A DNA stretch of 64,000 nucleotides. Source: Acidobacteriota bacterium. Lineage in GTDB: Bacteria > Acidobacteriota > Thermoanaerobaculia > Gp7-AA8. Made by a program: the position numbers and the translations under genes. The notes under the pieces are model-generated. The model made no database searches, was not told the DNA's origin, and saw only the letters and a list, made by a program, of their open reading frames with translations. Positions 1 to 10,200 of this stretch are shown here, piece after piece. The DNA lies in NCBI GenBank assembly GCA_019244185.1, contig JAFATB010000022.1, forward strand, positions 32,001-96,000. Direction: 5' to 3'. The first letter of the stretch is position 1. Each line of letters opens with the position of its first letter.

Positions 1-644
1 GGGTTCACCGCTTCGGCGAGGATGACGTACGTCCACGAGATCGCGTTCATCACGCGGAACGAGTCGAAGATCTCCGGCAGCGCCGCCGGCACGAGCACCG
101 TTCGGATGACCTGCCACTTCGACGCGCCGAGCGTCAGCGCTGTCTGCACGAGTTCCTCGGGCACCAGACGGATCGCGGAGACGACCACCGGCAGGAGGTA
201 GACGAAGACGCCGAGAAAGAGGAACGCGATCTTTTCCTTCTCGTAGATGCCGAACCAGAGGATGAGCAGCGGGATGAACGCGGAGATCGGCATGTAGCGC
301 AGCGGCGCCATGATCGACTCGAACACCGCGTGCAGCGGCGTGAACGCGCCCATGAAGATGCCGAGCGGCAGCGCGATGCCGGCCGCGAGGAGAAACGCGA
401 GCACGATGCGCCGCGTCGAGATGAGGATCGCGGTCATGAGGTCGTAGCGGAAGAAGAGCTGCAGCGTGCCGCGGATCGTCTCGGTCGGCGAGGGGAGAAA
501 GTCCGGCGGCGCGAAGCCGCCGTAGCTGATGAGACACCACACGCCGAGGACGAGCAGCGGCATGACGATGCCGAGGGCCGCCGACATGCCGCGCGGGAGC
601 GGCTGCCGGATCGACCAGATCGATGCGCTGCGCGATCTCGCCAT
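1..644 (-). CDS. NitT/TauT-family ABC transporter permease (3' end outside window)
   Basis: Not in ORF track. ATG at 644 overlaps the upstream TAA. Manual translation MARSRSASIWSIRQPLPRGMSAALG...PLRYMPISAFIPLLILWFGIYE...EELVQTALTLGASKWQVIRTVLVPAALP shows TM helices plus an EAA-like loop. Confidence 0.9.
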   Translation of the reverse strand, partial: MARSRSASIWSIRQPLPRGMSAALGIVMPLLVLGVWCLISYGGFAPPDFLPSPTETIRGTLQLFFRYDLMTAILISTRRIVLAFLLAAGIALPLGIFMGAFTPLHAVFESIMAPLRYMPISAFIPLLILWFGIYEKEKIAFLFLGVFVYLLPVVVSAIRLVPEELVQTALTLGASKWQVIRTVLVPAALPEIFDSFRVMNAISWTYVILAEAVN

Positions 645-2272
645 TACTGCGTCGCCAGCACCACTTTGATCTCGGTGCGGCGATTCAGCTGCCGTCCGGC
701 CTCCGTCGCGTTGTCGGCGATCGGATTCGTCGAGCCGCGGCCGATGGTCTGGAAGCGGTTCGGATCGATGTTCGGGAAGTTCTGCACGATGTAGTTCTTC
801 ACCGCGAGGGCGCGGCGCTCGGAGAGCGTCATGTTCGCCTGCGGCGCGCCGGTCGCGTCGGTGTTGCCTTCGACGCGCAGGTACGTGTTGCCGAACGACG
901 TCATCGTGTCGCCGAGCGAATCGAGGACGAAGAACGAGCCGGGCATGATCTGGTCGGAGCCGGGCGTGAAGTGAATCTCGATCTGCTTGTTGATGATGGC
1001 GCGGTCTTTCACCGACGGCGGCTTCGCGGCCACCTTCGGCTCCTCGACCTTCTGCGTCGCGTAGTCGGATGCGAGCGCGGAGACGAACTGCGTGTCCGCC
1101 CAGTCCTTCGCCTCGACCGGACGCGTGACGAGACCCTTCTTGCGCCAGATCACGAACGCGGTGTCGAAGAGCGTGTCGTAATGCGCGCGTCCGCCGGAGA
1201 GGCCGTAGAACTGCGCGTTGTCGGCGTACGGCGTGAGCTTGAGTCCGGAGAGCATGCCGGAGACGGTTTCGTCGTCGAGCTTGAGCGCCTTGCCGACGAT
1301 CGCGTTCGAGCCGGCCGGATCGTTCTTCATCTGCTCGATGCCTTCGAACCAGCCGTGCACGAAGTCGCGCAGCGTTTCCGGCGCCTGCTGGATGATGTCC
1401 TGCCGCGCCACGAGCGTGTCCGCGATGATGTTCGTCGCGGCGGTCGTGGAGACGAGGACGTGCGCCGCATCGCCGCGCGCGGCGACGGCCGCGGAGAGAT
1501 CCGGCTCCCACGTCACGGCGGCGTCGACCTGGCTGGCCTTGAACATCGCCGCGGCCGCGGGCGCGTCCGTCGAGAAGATGATGTTCTTCTCGACCTCGTT
1601 GCGATCGGCGGGGCTGAGGCCCGACTGCGACAGCAGATACAGAAGCAAAAAGTGCGACGGCGTGAACTGCGTGCACGCGATCTTGTGGCCTTTGAGGTCT
1701 TCGATCGATTTGATCGTCGCGAGCGAGACGATGCCGTCGCCGCCGCGCGACCAGTCCTGCATCATGATCGAGCGCGCGTGCTGGTTGTTCTCGCTCAGCA
1801 CCGACGCCTCGCGCGCCCAGTTGTCGACCGTGTCCCACATGACGTCGATGTCGCCTTTGCGGAACGCGGCGAGCTTCGCCGCCGGGTCTTCGATGAGGAC
1901 GAACTTCACCTCGGTGTTGAACTTCTTCTGATACATCGACGCCGGATTCGGATCGAGCCCGCCGTTGTAGACGATGCCCGGCGAGTGGCCGGCCCACGTG
2001 TTAATGGCCACGACCAGCGGGCGGTTGAGGCGTCCGCTGCCCTGCAGCGCGACCGGCTGCACGCCGTTCGAGCCGGCGTCGCGCGCGGCGTCGGCGGGCG
2101 CGTTCTTCAGCGCGTCGAAATCAGTCTTGGATACGTCGCCGGACGCGCTCTTCGACTCTTCGCCTCCGGCCCACTTCTTCACGTCGGCGCCTTTGTAGTG
2201 ATAGACGGCGTAGCCGACGACGACCAGGATGACGGCGGTGATGAACAGCTTCGCGAACGGGGTGAGTCTCAT
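644..2272 (-). CDS. ABC substrate-binding protein (NMT1/SsuA-like) fused to C-terminal OmpA peptidoglycan-binding domain
   Basis: N-terminal TM anchor; DWSRGGDGIV, VTWEPD and IADTLV SBP motifs; C-terminal VEGNTD...NMTLSERRA...GRQLNRRTEI OmpA signature. Confidence 0.9.
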   Translation of the reverse strand: MRLTPFAKLFITAVILVVVGYAVYHYKGADVKKWAGGEESKSASGDVSKTDFDALKNAPADAARDAGSNGVQPVALQGSGRLNRPLVVAINTWAGHSPGIVYNGGLDPNPASMYQKKFNTEVKFVLIEDPAAKLAAFRKGDIDVMWDTVDNWAREASVLSENNQHARSIMMQDWSRGGDGIVSLATIKSIEDLKGHKIACTQFTPSHFLLLYLLSQSGLSPADRNEVEKNIIFSTDAPAAAAMFKASQVDAAVTWEPDLSAAVAARGDAAHVLVSTTAATNIIADTLVARQDIIQQAPETLRDFVHGWFEGIEQMKNDPAGSNAIVGKALKLDDETVSGMLSGLKLTPYADNAQFYGLSGGRAHYDTLFDTAFVIWRKKGLVTRPVEAKDWADTQFVSALASDYATQKVEEPKVAAKPPSVKDRAIINKQIEIHFTPGSDQIMPGSFFVLDSLGDTMTSFGNTYLRVEGNTDATGAPQANMTLSERRALAVKNYIVQNFPNIDPNRFQTIGRGSTNPIADNATEAGRQLNRRTEIKVVLATQ

Positions 2273-2317
2273 GACGAACCTTTCTGCATTACGACACGCG
2301 ACGTCGACGACGCTGCG

Positions 2318-3022
2318 TTACATCGTCTTCTGTCCCTGCGCGGCCTGCTGCGCGGCCTTGCGCGCCTTCAGCTCCGCGAGCTCCTGCTTGGCCTGCACGT
2401 CGCCGACCTGATTGCGCAGGTTGGCCAGACGCGAGTCGAGCGACGTGTCGGAGAGCTCCTTGCCGAGGTTGGCCTCGGCGATGGTGTTCTTGATGTGCGT
2501 GCGGACGTTGTCGAGCGCGCGGACCTCGTCGTCGACGGAGAGACCGTCGAGCTGCTCCTGAATCTTGAGGCGCGCCTGCGCCGACTGCATCTTGGCCAGC
2601 ATCGAGTCGCGCTCGGCCTTCAGCTTGCGGATCTCCGACTGCACGGAGAGGAGCGACGACTTCGCGGAGTCGGCGTCGTTGCGCGCGCTCTCCATGTCCG
2701 TCTGCAGCTCGGCGAGATCGGCGTTGAGCTGGTTCTTTTTCTGGATCAGCACGACCGCGAGATCGTCCTGATTCGTTTCGACGGCGGTGTTGAGCTCCGC
2801 TTCGGTCTGCGCGAGCTCCGCCGTCGCGCTCTTGAAGCGGTCCGCGAGCTCGTCGCGCCTGCGGATGATCGCGGCGGTGGCACTCTTGAGCTTCGCGTAC
2901 TTGCCGACCATCGAGTTGATGGCGTTCTCGTACGCGATCTCCGGATGATCCTTCTCGATGTCGGAGATCCACAACGAGAGAAAACCCTTCCACAGATTGC
3001 CTAAACGTGAAAACACACCCAT
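2318..3022 (-). CDS. pspA: PspA/IM30 (Vipp1/ESCRT-III-like) family protein
   Basis: Amphipathic N-terminus [28 protein letters not shown], long coiled coil, C-terminal ELAELKARK; 234 aa. Confidence 0.85.
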   Translation of the reverse strand: MGVFSRLGNLWKGFLSLWISDIEKDHPEIAYENAINSMVGKYAKLKSATAAIIRRRDELADRFKSATAELAQTEAELNTAVETNQDDLAVVLIQKKNQLNADLAELQTDMESARNDADSAKSSLLSVQSEIRKLKAERDSMLAKMQSAQARLKIQEQLDGLSVDDEVRALDNVRTHIKNTIAEANLGKELSDTSLDSRLANLRNQVGDVQAKQELAELKARKAAQQAAQGQKTM

Positions 3023-3045
3023 GGTTTCTCCTCAGCTCCCCTTCG

Positions 3046-3702
3046 TCAGTTCGCCGGATTGGGCTCGTGCAGCTTCGGCGACTCGCGCACGACGCGCGCG
3101 ACGGCGTCCTGTCCGAAGAACTCGAGGACTTTCTGGACCTCGAGCTTCTTGGCGTTGCAGGACTTCATGACTTTCTGTTGTTCTTCAACGCGCTGCTGCA
3201 TGGCCGCGCGGAGATTGGCGATTTCTTCCTCGTACTTTTTGATGCGCGTCTCCGCCTCGGAGGTGATCTGCTCGGTGTCTTTCGCGCCGCCGCGGATGTA
3301 CGCGTCGAGCGCCTGCAGTTCTTCCGCGCCGGTCTCGATGATCTTCTCGATCGGCACGCCGAACGCGCGCAACGACGCCAGCACGATCTGCTTCTTGACG
3401 GCGTCCTCGGTTTCCGGCGGCAGGGAGTTGAGGAGGTCGAGCGTGCGCGAGACGCGCTGGTGCTCCTCGGCCGTGATGCCCGCGGCCTCGTAGACGCCGT
3501 CGAAGTCGACCTGGCCCGCAGGTGCGGTGGGCGGGGCGGAGGTGAAGACTTCCGGCGCCTGCGTCGCGCCCGCGTCGGCGGCGCCTTGGATCAGCGCGTC
3601 GTCCGGCGCGCCCGCGGTGCCGGCAGGGCCGCCGCTATCCGGTGAGTCCTGAACGACGAACCACCCCATGACCGTGGAGCCCCAGCTTTTTTTGTCCGAC
3701 AT
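3046..3702 (-). CDS. hypothetical protein with C-terminal coiled coil, first gene of the pspA operon
   Basis: GC3-biased ORF; ATG at 3702 (MSDKKSWGSTVMGWF); 23-nt gap to pspA; heptad-rich C-terminal half. Confidence 0.75.
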   Translation of the reverse strand: MSDKKSWGSTVMGWFVVQDSPDSGGPAGTAGAPDDALIQGAADAGATQAPEVFTSAPPTAPAGQVDFDGVYEAAGITAEEHQRVSRTLDLLNSLPPETEDAVKKQIVLASLRAFGVPIEKIIETGAEELQALDAYIRGGAKDTEQITSEAETRIKKYEEEIANLRAAMQQRVEEQQKVMKSCNAKKLEVQKVLEFFGQDAVARVVRESPKLHEPNPAN

Positions 3703-3764
3703 TGCGGCGACCAAAATATAGCATGCGCCGCCGGGGCCGCTTGTTTACCGGTTGACGTTGCCGG

Positions 3765-3798
3765 TTGACGTAGTCGTGAACTACGTTTATAGTTCACG
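3765..3798 (+). promoter_or_regulatory. sigma70-type promoter with overlapping palindromic operator; probable leaderless transcript
   Basis: TTGACG (3765-3770), 17 nt, TATAGT (3788-3793); ATG at 3802 with no SD. Inverted repeat CGTGAACTA-6nt-TAGTTCACG at 3775-3798. Confidence 0.75.
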
Positions 3799-3801
3799 TC
3801 T

Positions 3802-4203
3802 ATGAAGGCAGCCTCCAAAGTGCGCCCCGCGCTCTCCGGCCTCGAGCTCGAGGTGATGAATCTGATGTGGGACCTCGGCGAGGCGACGTCGGCGGAGCTC
3901 GTGGACGCGTTCACGCGGCGCCGGCCGCTGGCGGCGACGACGATCCGCACCGTGCTGGCAAAGATCGAGGAGAAGGGCTACGTGGAGCGCGTGCCGACGA
4001 CCGAGCGCGCGCTGCGCTACCGCGCCTCGATCCCGCGCGAGGCGGTGTCGACGCAGACGCTGCGGCAGCTGGTGGGACGCCTCTTCGGCGGCTCGCCGAA
4101 AGCGGCCATCGCGCAGCTGCTCGCGGACGAGGAGCTCGACGCCGATGAGCTGGCGGAGATTCAGAGGATGGTGAGCAAGCGGCGGAAGGAGTTGGGAAGG
4201 TGA
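3802..4203 (+). CDS. BlaI/MecI/CopY family transcriptional repressor
   Basis: LSGLELEVMNLMWDLG...LAATTIRTVLAKIEEKGYVER...LFGGSPKAAIAQLL winged-helix signature. Confidence 0.92.
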   Translation: MKAASKVRPALSGLELEVMNLMWDLGEATSAELVDAFTRRRPLAATTIRTVLAKIEEKGYVERVPTTERALRYRASIPREAVSTQTLRQLVGRLFGGSPKAAIAQLLADEELDADELAEIQRMVSKRRKELGR

Positions 4204-5456
4204 TGGCGACGCTGCTCGCGCAACGGCTGCTCCTCGCGTCCATCGAGACCACCTTCGCCACCTTGATCGTGCTCGCGGTGAGCGCGGTTGCGTTGCGTCG
4301 CGCGCCGCGGGCGGTGGCGCTGCTGTGGCTCGTCGTGCTGGCGAAGCCGCTCCTCACCATTGCGGGCGGCTCGTTCGTGCGCGTTCCCGTGCCGCGCGAG
4401 CTGCATGCGCCGTTGGCCGCGCGCGCGGAGGCGACGAAGGTGGTCACGCGTCGCGGTGGAGTCGCGCAGACGCGCGTCGCCACGACGACGCGGCAGCCGG
4501 CGAATGCGCTCGCGCTGGTCTGGCTCGCGGGCGCGCTCGCCGCCGGCGCGCGCTCGCTGTATCACCGGCAGCGGTTGCGGCGGATCGTCGCGAGCTCGCG
4601 TGTCGCGTCGCCGCGCATCGACGCCGCGCGTGCGGCGCTCGGAGGTTTCGCCGTCGAGGTGCGCATCAGCGATGCGCTCGATGGTCCGGCGATCGGCGGC
4701 GCGTTGCGTCCGGTCATCCTGATCCCCGCGTGGATGGACGCGCGGGCGGACGACGCGCAGCTCGCGTGGACGCTGCGTCACGAGCTGCGTCACGCCGGCG
4801 CGCGCGACACGCTGGCCCTCGCGCTGCGCGAGCTCGCGCTGATCGCGATGTGGTTCCATCCGCTGATCTGGCTCGCGGCGGCGAAGTGGGAGGGGGCGAC
4901 GGAGCGCGCGTGCGACCGTGACGTCGTGTCGAGCGACGCCGATGCCGTCGACTACGCGGACGCGCTCTACCGCACGCTGCTCCACGTGCGGCAGCAGCGA
5001 CGGCTGCAGCTCGCGGCCGGACTCTTCGCCACGCGCTCGAAGATCGGCACGCGCATCGCCGCGCTCGTCGAGCGTCCGCTCGCGCCGCGCGCGGGACGTC
5101 TCGGCGGCGCCGCCGCGTGCGCGATCGGCGCGATTCTCATCGCCGTCGGCTGTGGTCTCGCCGCGCCGCCGCGGCTGCATCACCATGGCAACGTCGAGGA
5201 GGTCTTCGACGACCATTCGTACGCGATGCAGTACGACGCCGTCATCGGCTTCGACGGCGATCGCATCGACAGCATCGCACCCGGCGGCTTCGTCGAAATG
5301 CGGGAGACGCGCGACGGCACGACGCGCACGCTGCGCCTCGACGGCACAACGAACGGCATCAGCCGCGCGTATGCGGTCGACGGCCACGATGCGCCGCCCG
5401 ATCCGGTGTTCGAGCGCGCGATGACGGTGCAACTCCGCAAATCGATGAACCGCTAA
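4200..5456 (+). CDS. M56 family (BlaR1/MecR1-like) membrane metallopeptidase
   Basis: HELRH zinc motif, WFHPLIW, ERACD; overlaps the repressor stop. No C-terminal penicillin-binding domain is visible. Confidence 0.88.
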   Translation: MMATLLAQRLLLASIETTFATLIVLAVSAVALRRAPRAVALLWLVVLAKPLLTIAGGSFVRVPVPRELHAPLAARAEATKVVTRRGGVAQTRVATTTRQPANALALVWLAGALAAGARSLYHRQRLRRIVASSRVASPRIDAARAALGGFAVEVRISDALDGPAIGGALRPVILIPAWMDARADDAQLAWTLRHELRHAGARDTLALALRELALIAMWFHPLIWLAAAKWEGATERACDRDVVSSDADAVDYADALYRTLLHVRQQRRLQLAAGLFATRSKIGTRIAALVERPLAPRAGRLGGAAACAIGAILIAVGCGLAAPPRLHHHGNVEEVFDDHSYAMQYDAVIGFDGDRIDSIAPGGFVEMRETRDGTTRTLRLDGTTNGISRAYAVDGHDAPPDPVFERAMTVQLRKSMNR

Positions 5457-5503
5457 CCACTCGTAACGCATCACAACCCGCTGCAGAAAAAGGAGGCAAT
5501 CCC

Positions 5504-7114
5504 ATGCCGCTGGCGACAGCTCTGTTCGTTCTCGCTGCCACACTCTCCCAACCGGTCGTGAAGACGCCGCTCGGCGTGAAGATCGACGACTTCATGACCC
5601 GCGTGGAGCGCCTCGGCTTCAGCGGCGCGCTGCTCGTCGCGAAGGACGGCGACGTCATCGTGCACAAGGGCTACGGCAAATTCTCGATCGACACCCTCGC
5701 GCCGGTCGGCTCGATCACCAAGCAGTTCACCGCCGCGGCGATCCTCGCGCTCGAAGAGGAAGGGAAGCTGCGCACGACCGATCCGATCACGAAGTACTTC
5801 CACGACGTGCCGCCGGACAAGCAGGGCATCACGCTGCATCACCTGCTCACGCACTCCGCCGGTTTCCCCGGCGCGATCGGCGACGACTACGATCCCGTCG
5901 GCCGCGACGCGTTCATCAAGCTGGCGATGGGCACGAAGCTCGAGTTCACGCCCGGCACGTCCTACGAGTACTCGAACGTCGGCTACTCGCTCCTCGGCGC
6001 GATCATCGAGATCGTCACCGGTCATCCGTACGAGCGCTATCTGCACGACCGGCTCTTCGTGCGCGCGGGCATGCTGCACACCGGCTACGTGATTCCGAAG
6101 TGGGATCGCACGAAGCTCGCGCACGGCTTCCGCGGCGGCGAGGACGAGGGCACGTTCCTCGACCGGCCGTGGGCGCCGGACGGGCCGTACTGGCACCTGC
6201 GCGCGAACGGCGGGATCATCTCGACGCCGGCGGACATGTACCGCTGGAGCCTCGCGCTCGACGGCGACAAGGTGCTGAGCGCGGCGTCGCGGAAGAAGCT
6301 TTTCACGCCGTACGTGCGCGAGGGCAACGCGCCGAGCTCGTACGCGTACGGCTGGGCGATCTATCCGCTGCCGAACGGCCACACCATCGTCATGCACAAC
6401 GGCGGCGACGGCACGTTCGCGGCGGACTTCCGGCGCTACGTCGACGACGGCATCGTCTACTACATCACCTCGAACGTCAGCGAGCGGCCGTCCATCGCCG
6501 TGAGCAAGTGGATCGGACGCCTCGCGACGGGACAGGGCGACGTGCCGATGCCGCCGAAGGTCAAGACGTTGACGAAAGAGGAGCTGCACAAGTTCGAGGG
6601 CACCCGCGACGGCATGCGCTTCACCGCCAACGCCAACGGCAGCGTGACGGCCGAGCCGCTGACGGCCGAGGCGTTCGCGCGGCTCGCGCCGTCGCCGGGA
6701 GCGCGGGCGCCGATGCTCGCGGAGGCGACGGAGCACGCGAAGGCGGTGATCGACGGGATCGTCGCGCGCGACTACAAGCCGCTGCAGACGGCGTTCGGCG
6801 GCGGGCGTTCGCTCGAGGAGATCACCGCGCGGCAGACGCGGGCGCGGCAGGAGCTCGAGTCGAAGTACGGCGCGCTGAAAGGCGCGACGATCGTCGGCAC
6901 GCGCGTCGAGCGGCAGGATCTGGCGACGGTGGTGCGGCTCGACTTCGAGCGCGGTGCGTCGTACGTCGTGCTCATGTGGGGCGGGCCGAAGAACCTGGTC
7001 GGGCTCCGGCTGGTGGACGAGATGCCGGGCTCGGTGTTCTATCCGGTCTCGGCGACGCAGCTCGCGTCGTACGACTTCACGACCGGCGAGACGCTGACGC
7101 TCGATCTTCCCTGA
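5504..7114 (+). CDS. secreted serine hydrolase, class C beta-lactamase/PBP-like family
   Basis: AGGAGG SD then ATG at 5504; signal-like N-terminus; SITK (SxxK), LLTHSAG, YEYSN, HNGG motifs. Confidence 0.88.
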   Translation: MPLATALFVLAATLSQPVVKTPLGVKIDDFMTRVERLGFSGALLVAKDGDVIVHKGYGKFSIDTLAPVGSITKQFTAAAILALEEEGKLRTTDPITKYFHDVPPDKQGITLHHLLTHSAGFPGAIGDDYDPVGRDAFIKLAMGTKLEFTPGTSYEYSNVGYSLLGAIIEIVTGHPYERYLHDRLFVRAGMLHTGYVIPKWDRTKLAHGFRGGEDEGTFLDRPWAPDGPYWHLRANGGIISTPADMYRWSLALDGDKVLSAASRKKLFTPYVREGNAPSSYAYGWAIYPLPNGHTIVMHNGGDGTFAADFRRYVDDGIVYYITSNVSERPSIAVSKWIGRLATGQGDVPMPPKVKTLTKEELHKFEGTRDGMRFTANANGSVTAEPLTAEAFARLAPSPGARAPMLAEATEHAKAVIDGIVARDYKPLQTAFGGGRSLEEITARQTRARQELESKYGALKGATIVGTRVERQDLATVVRLDFERGASYVVLMWGGPKNLVGLRLVDEMPGSVFYPVSATQLASYDFTTGETLTLDLP

Positions 7115-7117
7115 GAG

Positions 7118-7168
7118 GATGCGTCCCGGCCGATGTGAGCGGCCTCGGCCGGGACGTGAGGACGCATC
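7118..7168. repeat. GC-rich intergenic inverted repeats
   Basis: CGTCCCGGCCGA (7122-7133) pairs with TCGGCCGGGACG (7145-7156). GATGCGTCC (7118-7126) can alternatively pair with GGACGCATC (7160-7168). No U tract. Confidence 0.5.
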
Positions 7169-7212
7169 GGCGTCCGGCTGCACGAATCCTGCAACGTTGC
7201 GCTCGGTCGCTC

Positions 7213-10200
7213 ATGCCGCTGAATCAGGAACTCCTTCAGGACGAAGGCCGGATCGCCGCGCTACGCCGCTATGACATTCTGGGCGCGCGCTCGGACCCGG
7301 CATTCGACGATCTCACGCGGCTCGCGGCGCAGATCTGCAGCACGCCCGCCGCGGGGATCGCGCTGGTGGACGTCGACCGTCAGCTCTTTCTGTCGGAGAT
7401 CGGCATCGGCATCCGCGAGGTGCCGCTCGACCGCGCGATCTCGATCTTCGCGCTCGCGGAGGAAGACGCGCTGGTCGTGCCCGATCTCGCGGAGCACGAG
7501 GTCTTCGCGTCGCGGCGCGATCCGCGGTTCCGCTATCTCGCCGCGGTGCCGCTGCGGACGCCGGACGGCTACGCGATCGGCGCGCTGACCGTCATCGACG
7601 TCGTGCCGCGCCTGCTCAGCCATCAGCAGCTCGACGCGTTGCGCGCGCTGGCGCGGCAGGTGATGACGCAGCTCGAGCTGCGGCGGACGCTCGCCGAGCG
7701 CGAACGTTCCGCGGCCGCGCTGCGCGAGAGCGAAGAACGGTTCCGCGCCGCGTTCGAGCACGCGGTCGTCGGCATGGTCCTGACGGGCGGTGACGGCCGC
7801 GTGCTGCGCGCGAACCTCGCGTTCCAGGCGATCGTCGGCCGCACGGCGGACGAGCTGATCGGACGCGACTCGTACGACTACACGTATCCCGACGATCGCA
7901 ACGCGAACGTCGAATGGATCCGCAGCGTCGACACGGAAGAGATCAGCCACGCGACGTTCGAGAAGCGCTACGTCCGCAAGAACGGCGAGGTCGTGTGGGC
8001 GCGCGTGCATCTCTCGCCGGTGCGCGACGCCAGCGGCGATGCGCGCACATTGCTCGCGCTCGTCGAAGACGTCACCGAGCAGCGGCGCACCCGCGACGCG
8101 CTCGTGGAGACGCGGCGCCGCCTCGACTCCGCGCTGATCGCGGGTGAGGTGGCGACGTACGAGTGGAAAGTCGACAGCGACCGCCTCTGGGGCGACGCGA
8201 ACTTCGACCGCTTTTTCGGCGTCGCCCGCGACGCGGACGGCACCGCGCCGCTCGCGCGTTTCGTAGAGGCGATTCATCCCGACGACCACGCGCTCGTGCA
8301 GCAGAAGATCGCCCGGACGCTCGAAACGGGCGAGGAGTATGAGGCCGAGTACCGCATCGCCAACACGGCGGTCGAGCGCTGGGTCATCGCGCGCGGCCGC
8401 GTCACGTCCGATCCGAGCGACGGCACCCGCCGCTTCCACGGCGTCGTGCTCGACATCACCGCGCGCAAGCAGCTCGAGCAGGAGCTGGCGCGGCGCACGA
8501 ACATCTACGAGTCGATCCTCTCCGCGACCGACGACTTCGCGTATCTCTTCGCGCTCGACGGCACGTTCCTCTTCGCGAACCGGCGCCTGCTCGAAGTGTG
8601 GGGCAAGACGCTGCCCGAGATCGTCGGCGCGAGTCTCTACGACCTCGGCTATCAGGACTGGCACGCGCAGATGCATCTGCGCGAGCTGCGCGAGGTCATC
8701 GAGGAGAAGCACGCCATCACGGGCGAGGTGCCGTACATGGCGCCCACCGGCATCTTCGGCGTGTACGAGTACATCTTCACGCCGGTGTTCAACGAGCAGG
8801 GCGAGGTGGAAGTCATCGCCGGCACGACTCGCGACGTCACCGAGCGCAAGCGCGCAGAAGAGGAACATCGCAAGCTCGCCGAACAGCTGCGGCTCGCGCT
8901 CGACGCCGCGAAGATGGGCTGGTGGCAGTACGACCTGAAGACCGGCCGCGTGACGTGGGACGACCGCGTGCGCGAGCTGTACGGCGTCGATGCGAACGTG
9001 CAGGACTACGACGCCGTCCTCCACCACATGCACCCCGACGACGCGAAGATGGTCGACGCCGCGCTCGCCGCCGCGACCGATCCGCGCGATCCGCGGCCGT
9101 ACGACGTCGAGTACCGCCTGCTGCTGCCCGACGGCGGCGTGCGGTGGATCGCGTCGAAGGGCCAGGCGACGTTCGAAGGCGAAGGGGAGGAGCGTCACGT
9201 CGCGCTCTTCGTTGGCACGGCGCTCGATGTGACGGAGGCGAAGAACGCGCAGGCGGCGCTGGAAGCGAGCGAGGCGCGCTTCCGCCGGCTCGCCGACGCG
9301 ATGCCGCAGCTCGTCTGGACCGCCGACGGCGACGGCGCGATCGATTACTTCAACCGGCCGTTCCTCGAGTACACCGGCATGAGTGCCGCGACCGCCGACG
9401 CGGATTTCTGGAAAGACGTGCTGCATCCCGACGACTTCCCGGCCATGGCGAAGGCGTGGCGCGAGTCGGTGCGCACGGGCGCGCCGTTCGAAACGGAGTT
9501 CCGCATGCGCCGGCACTCCGACGGCGCGTACCGCTGGTTCTTCGCGCGCGCGTTGTCCGTGCGCGACAGCGCCACGGGCGAAGTGCGGTGGTTCGGAACC
9601 AGTACCGACGTTGACGATCAGCGCCGGCTGCTCGAAGAGAACCAGCGCCTCCTCGGCTCGGAGCGCACGGCGCGCGCCGATGCCGAGCGCGCCAGCCGCA
9701 TGAAGGACGAGTTCCTGGCCACGCTCAGCCACGAGCTGCGCACGCCGCTCAGCGCGATCCTCGGCTGGAGCCAGATCCTCGCGTCGGGCGATACGAGTCC
9801 GGAGGAGCTGACCGAGGGCATCGCCGTCATCCGCCGCAACGCGCGCGTGCAGGCGCAGATCATCGAGGACCTGCTGGAGATGAGCCGCATCATCTCGGGC
9901 AAGATCCGGCTCGACATCGAAGAAGAGCTCGACGTGCGCGATGTGATCTTTGCCGCGATCGACACGGTGCGTCCGGCAGCGAATGCGAAAGGCGTCGAGA
10001 TCGTGACGTCGATGGACGAGGGGTCGCAGCGCATCACCGGCGATCCGAACCGCCTGCAGCAGGTGTTCTGGAACCTGCTCAGCAACGCGGTGAAGTTCAC
10101 GCCGAAGGAAGGACGCATCGACGTGCGGCTGCACGACCGCACCTCTCACGTCGAGGTCGAAGTGGCCGACACCGGCGAAGGGATCTCTCCCGATTTCCTG

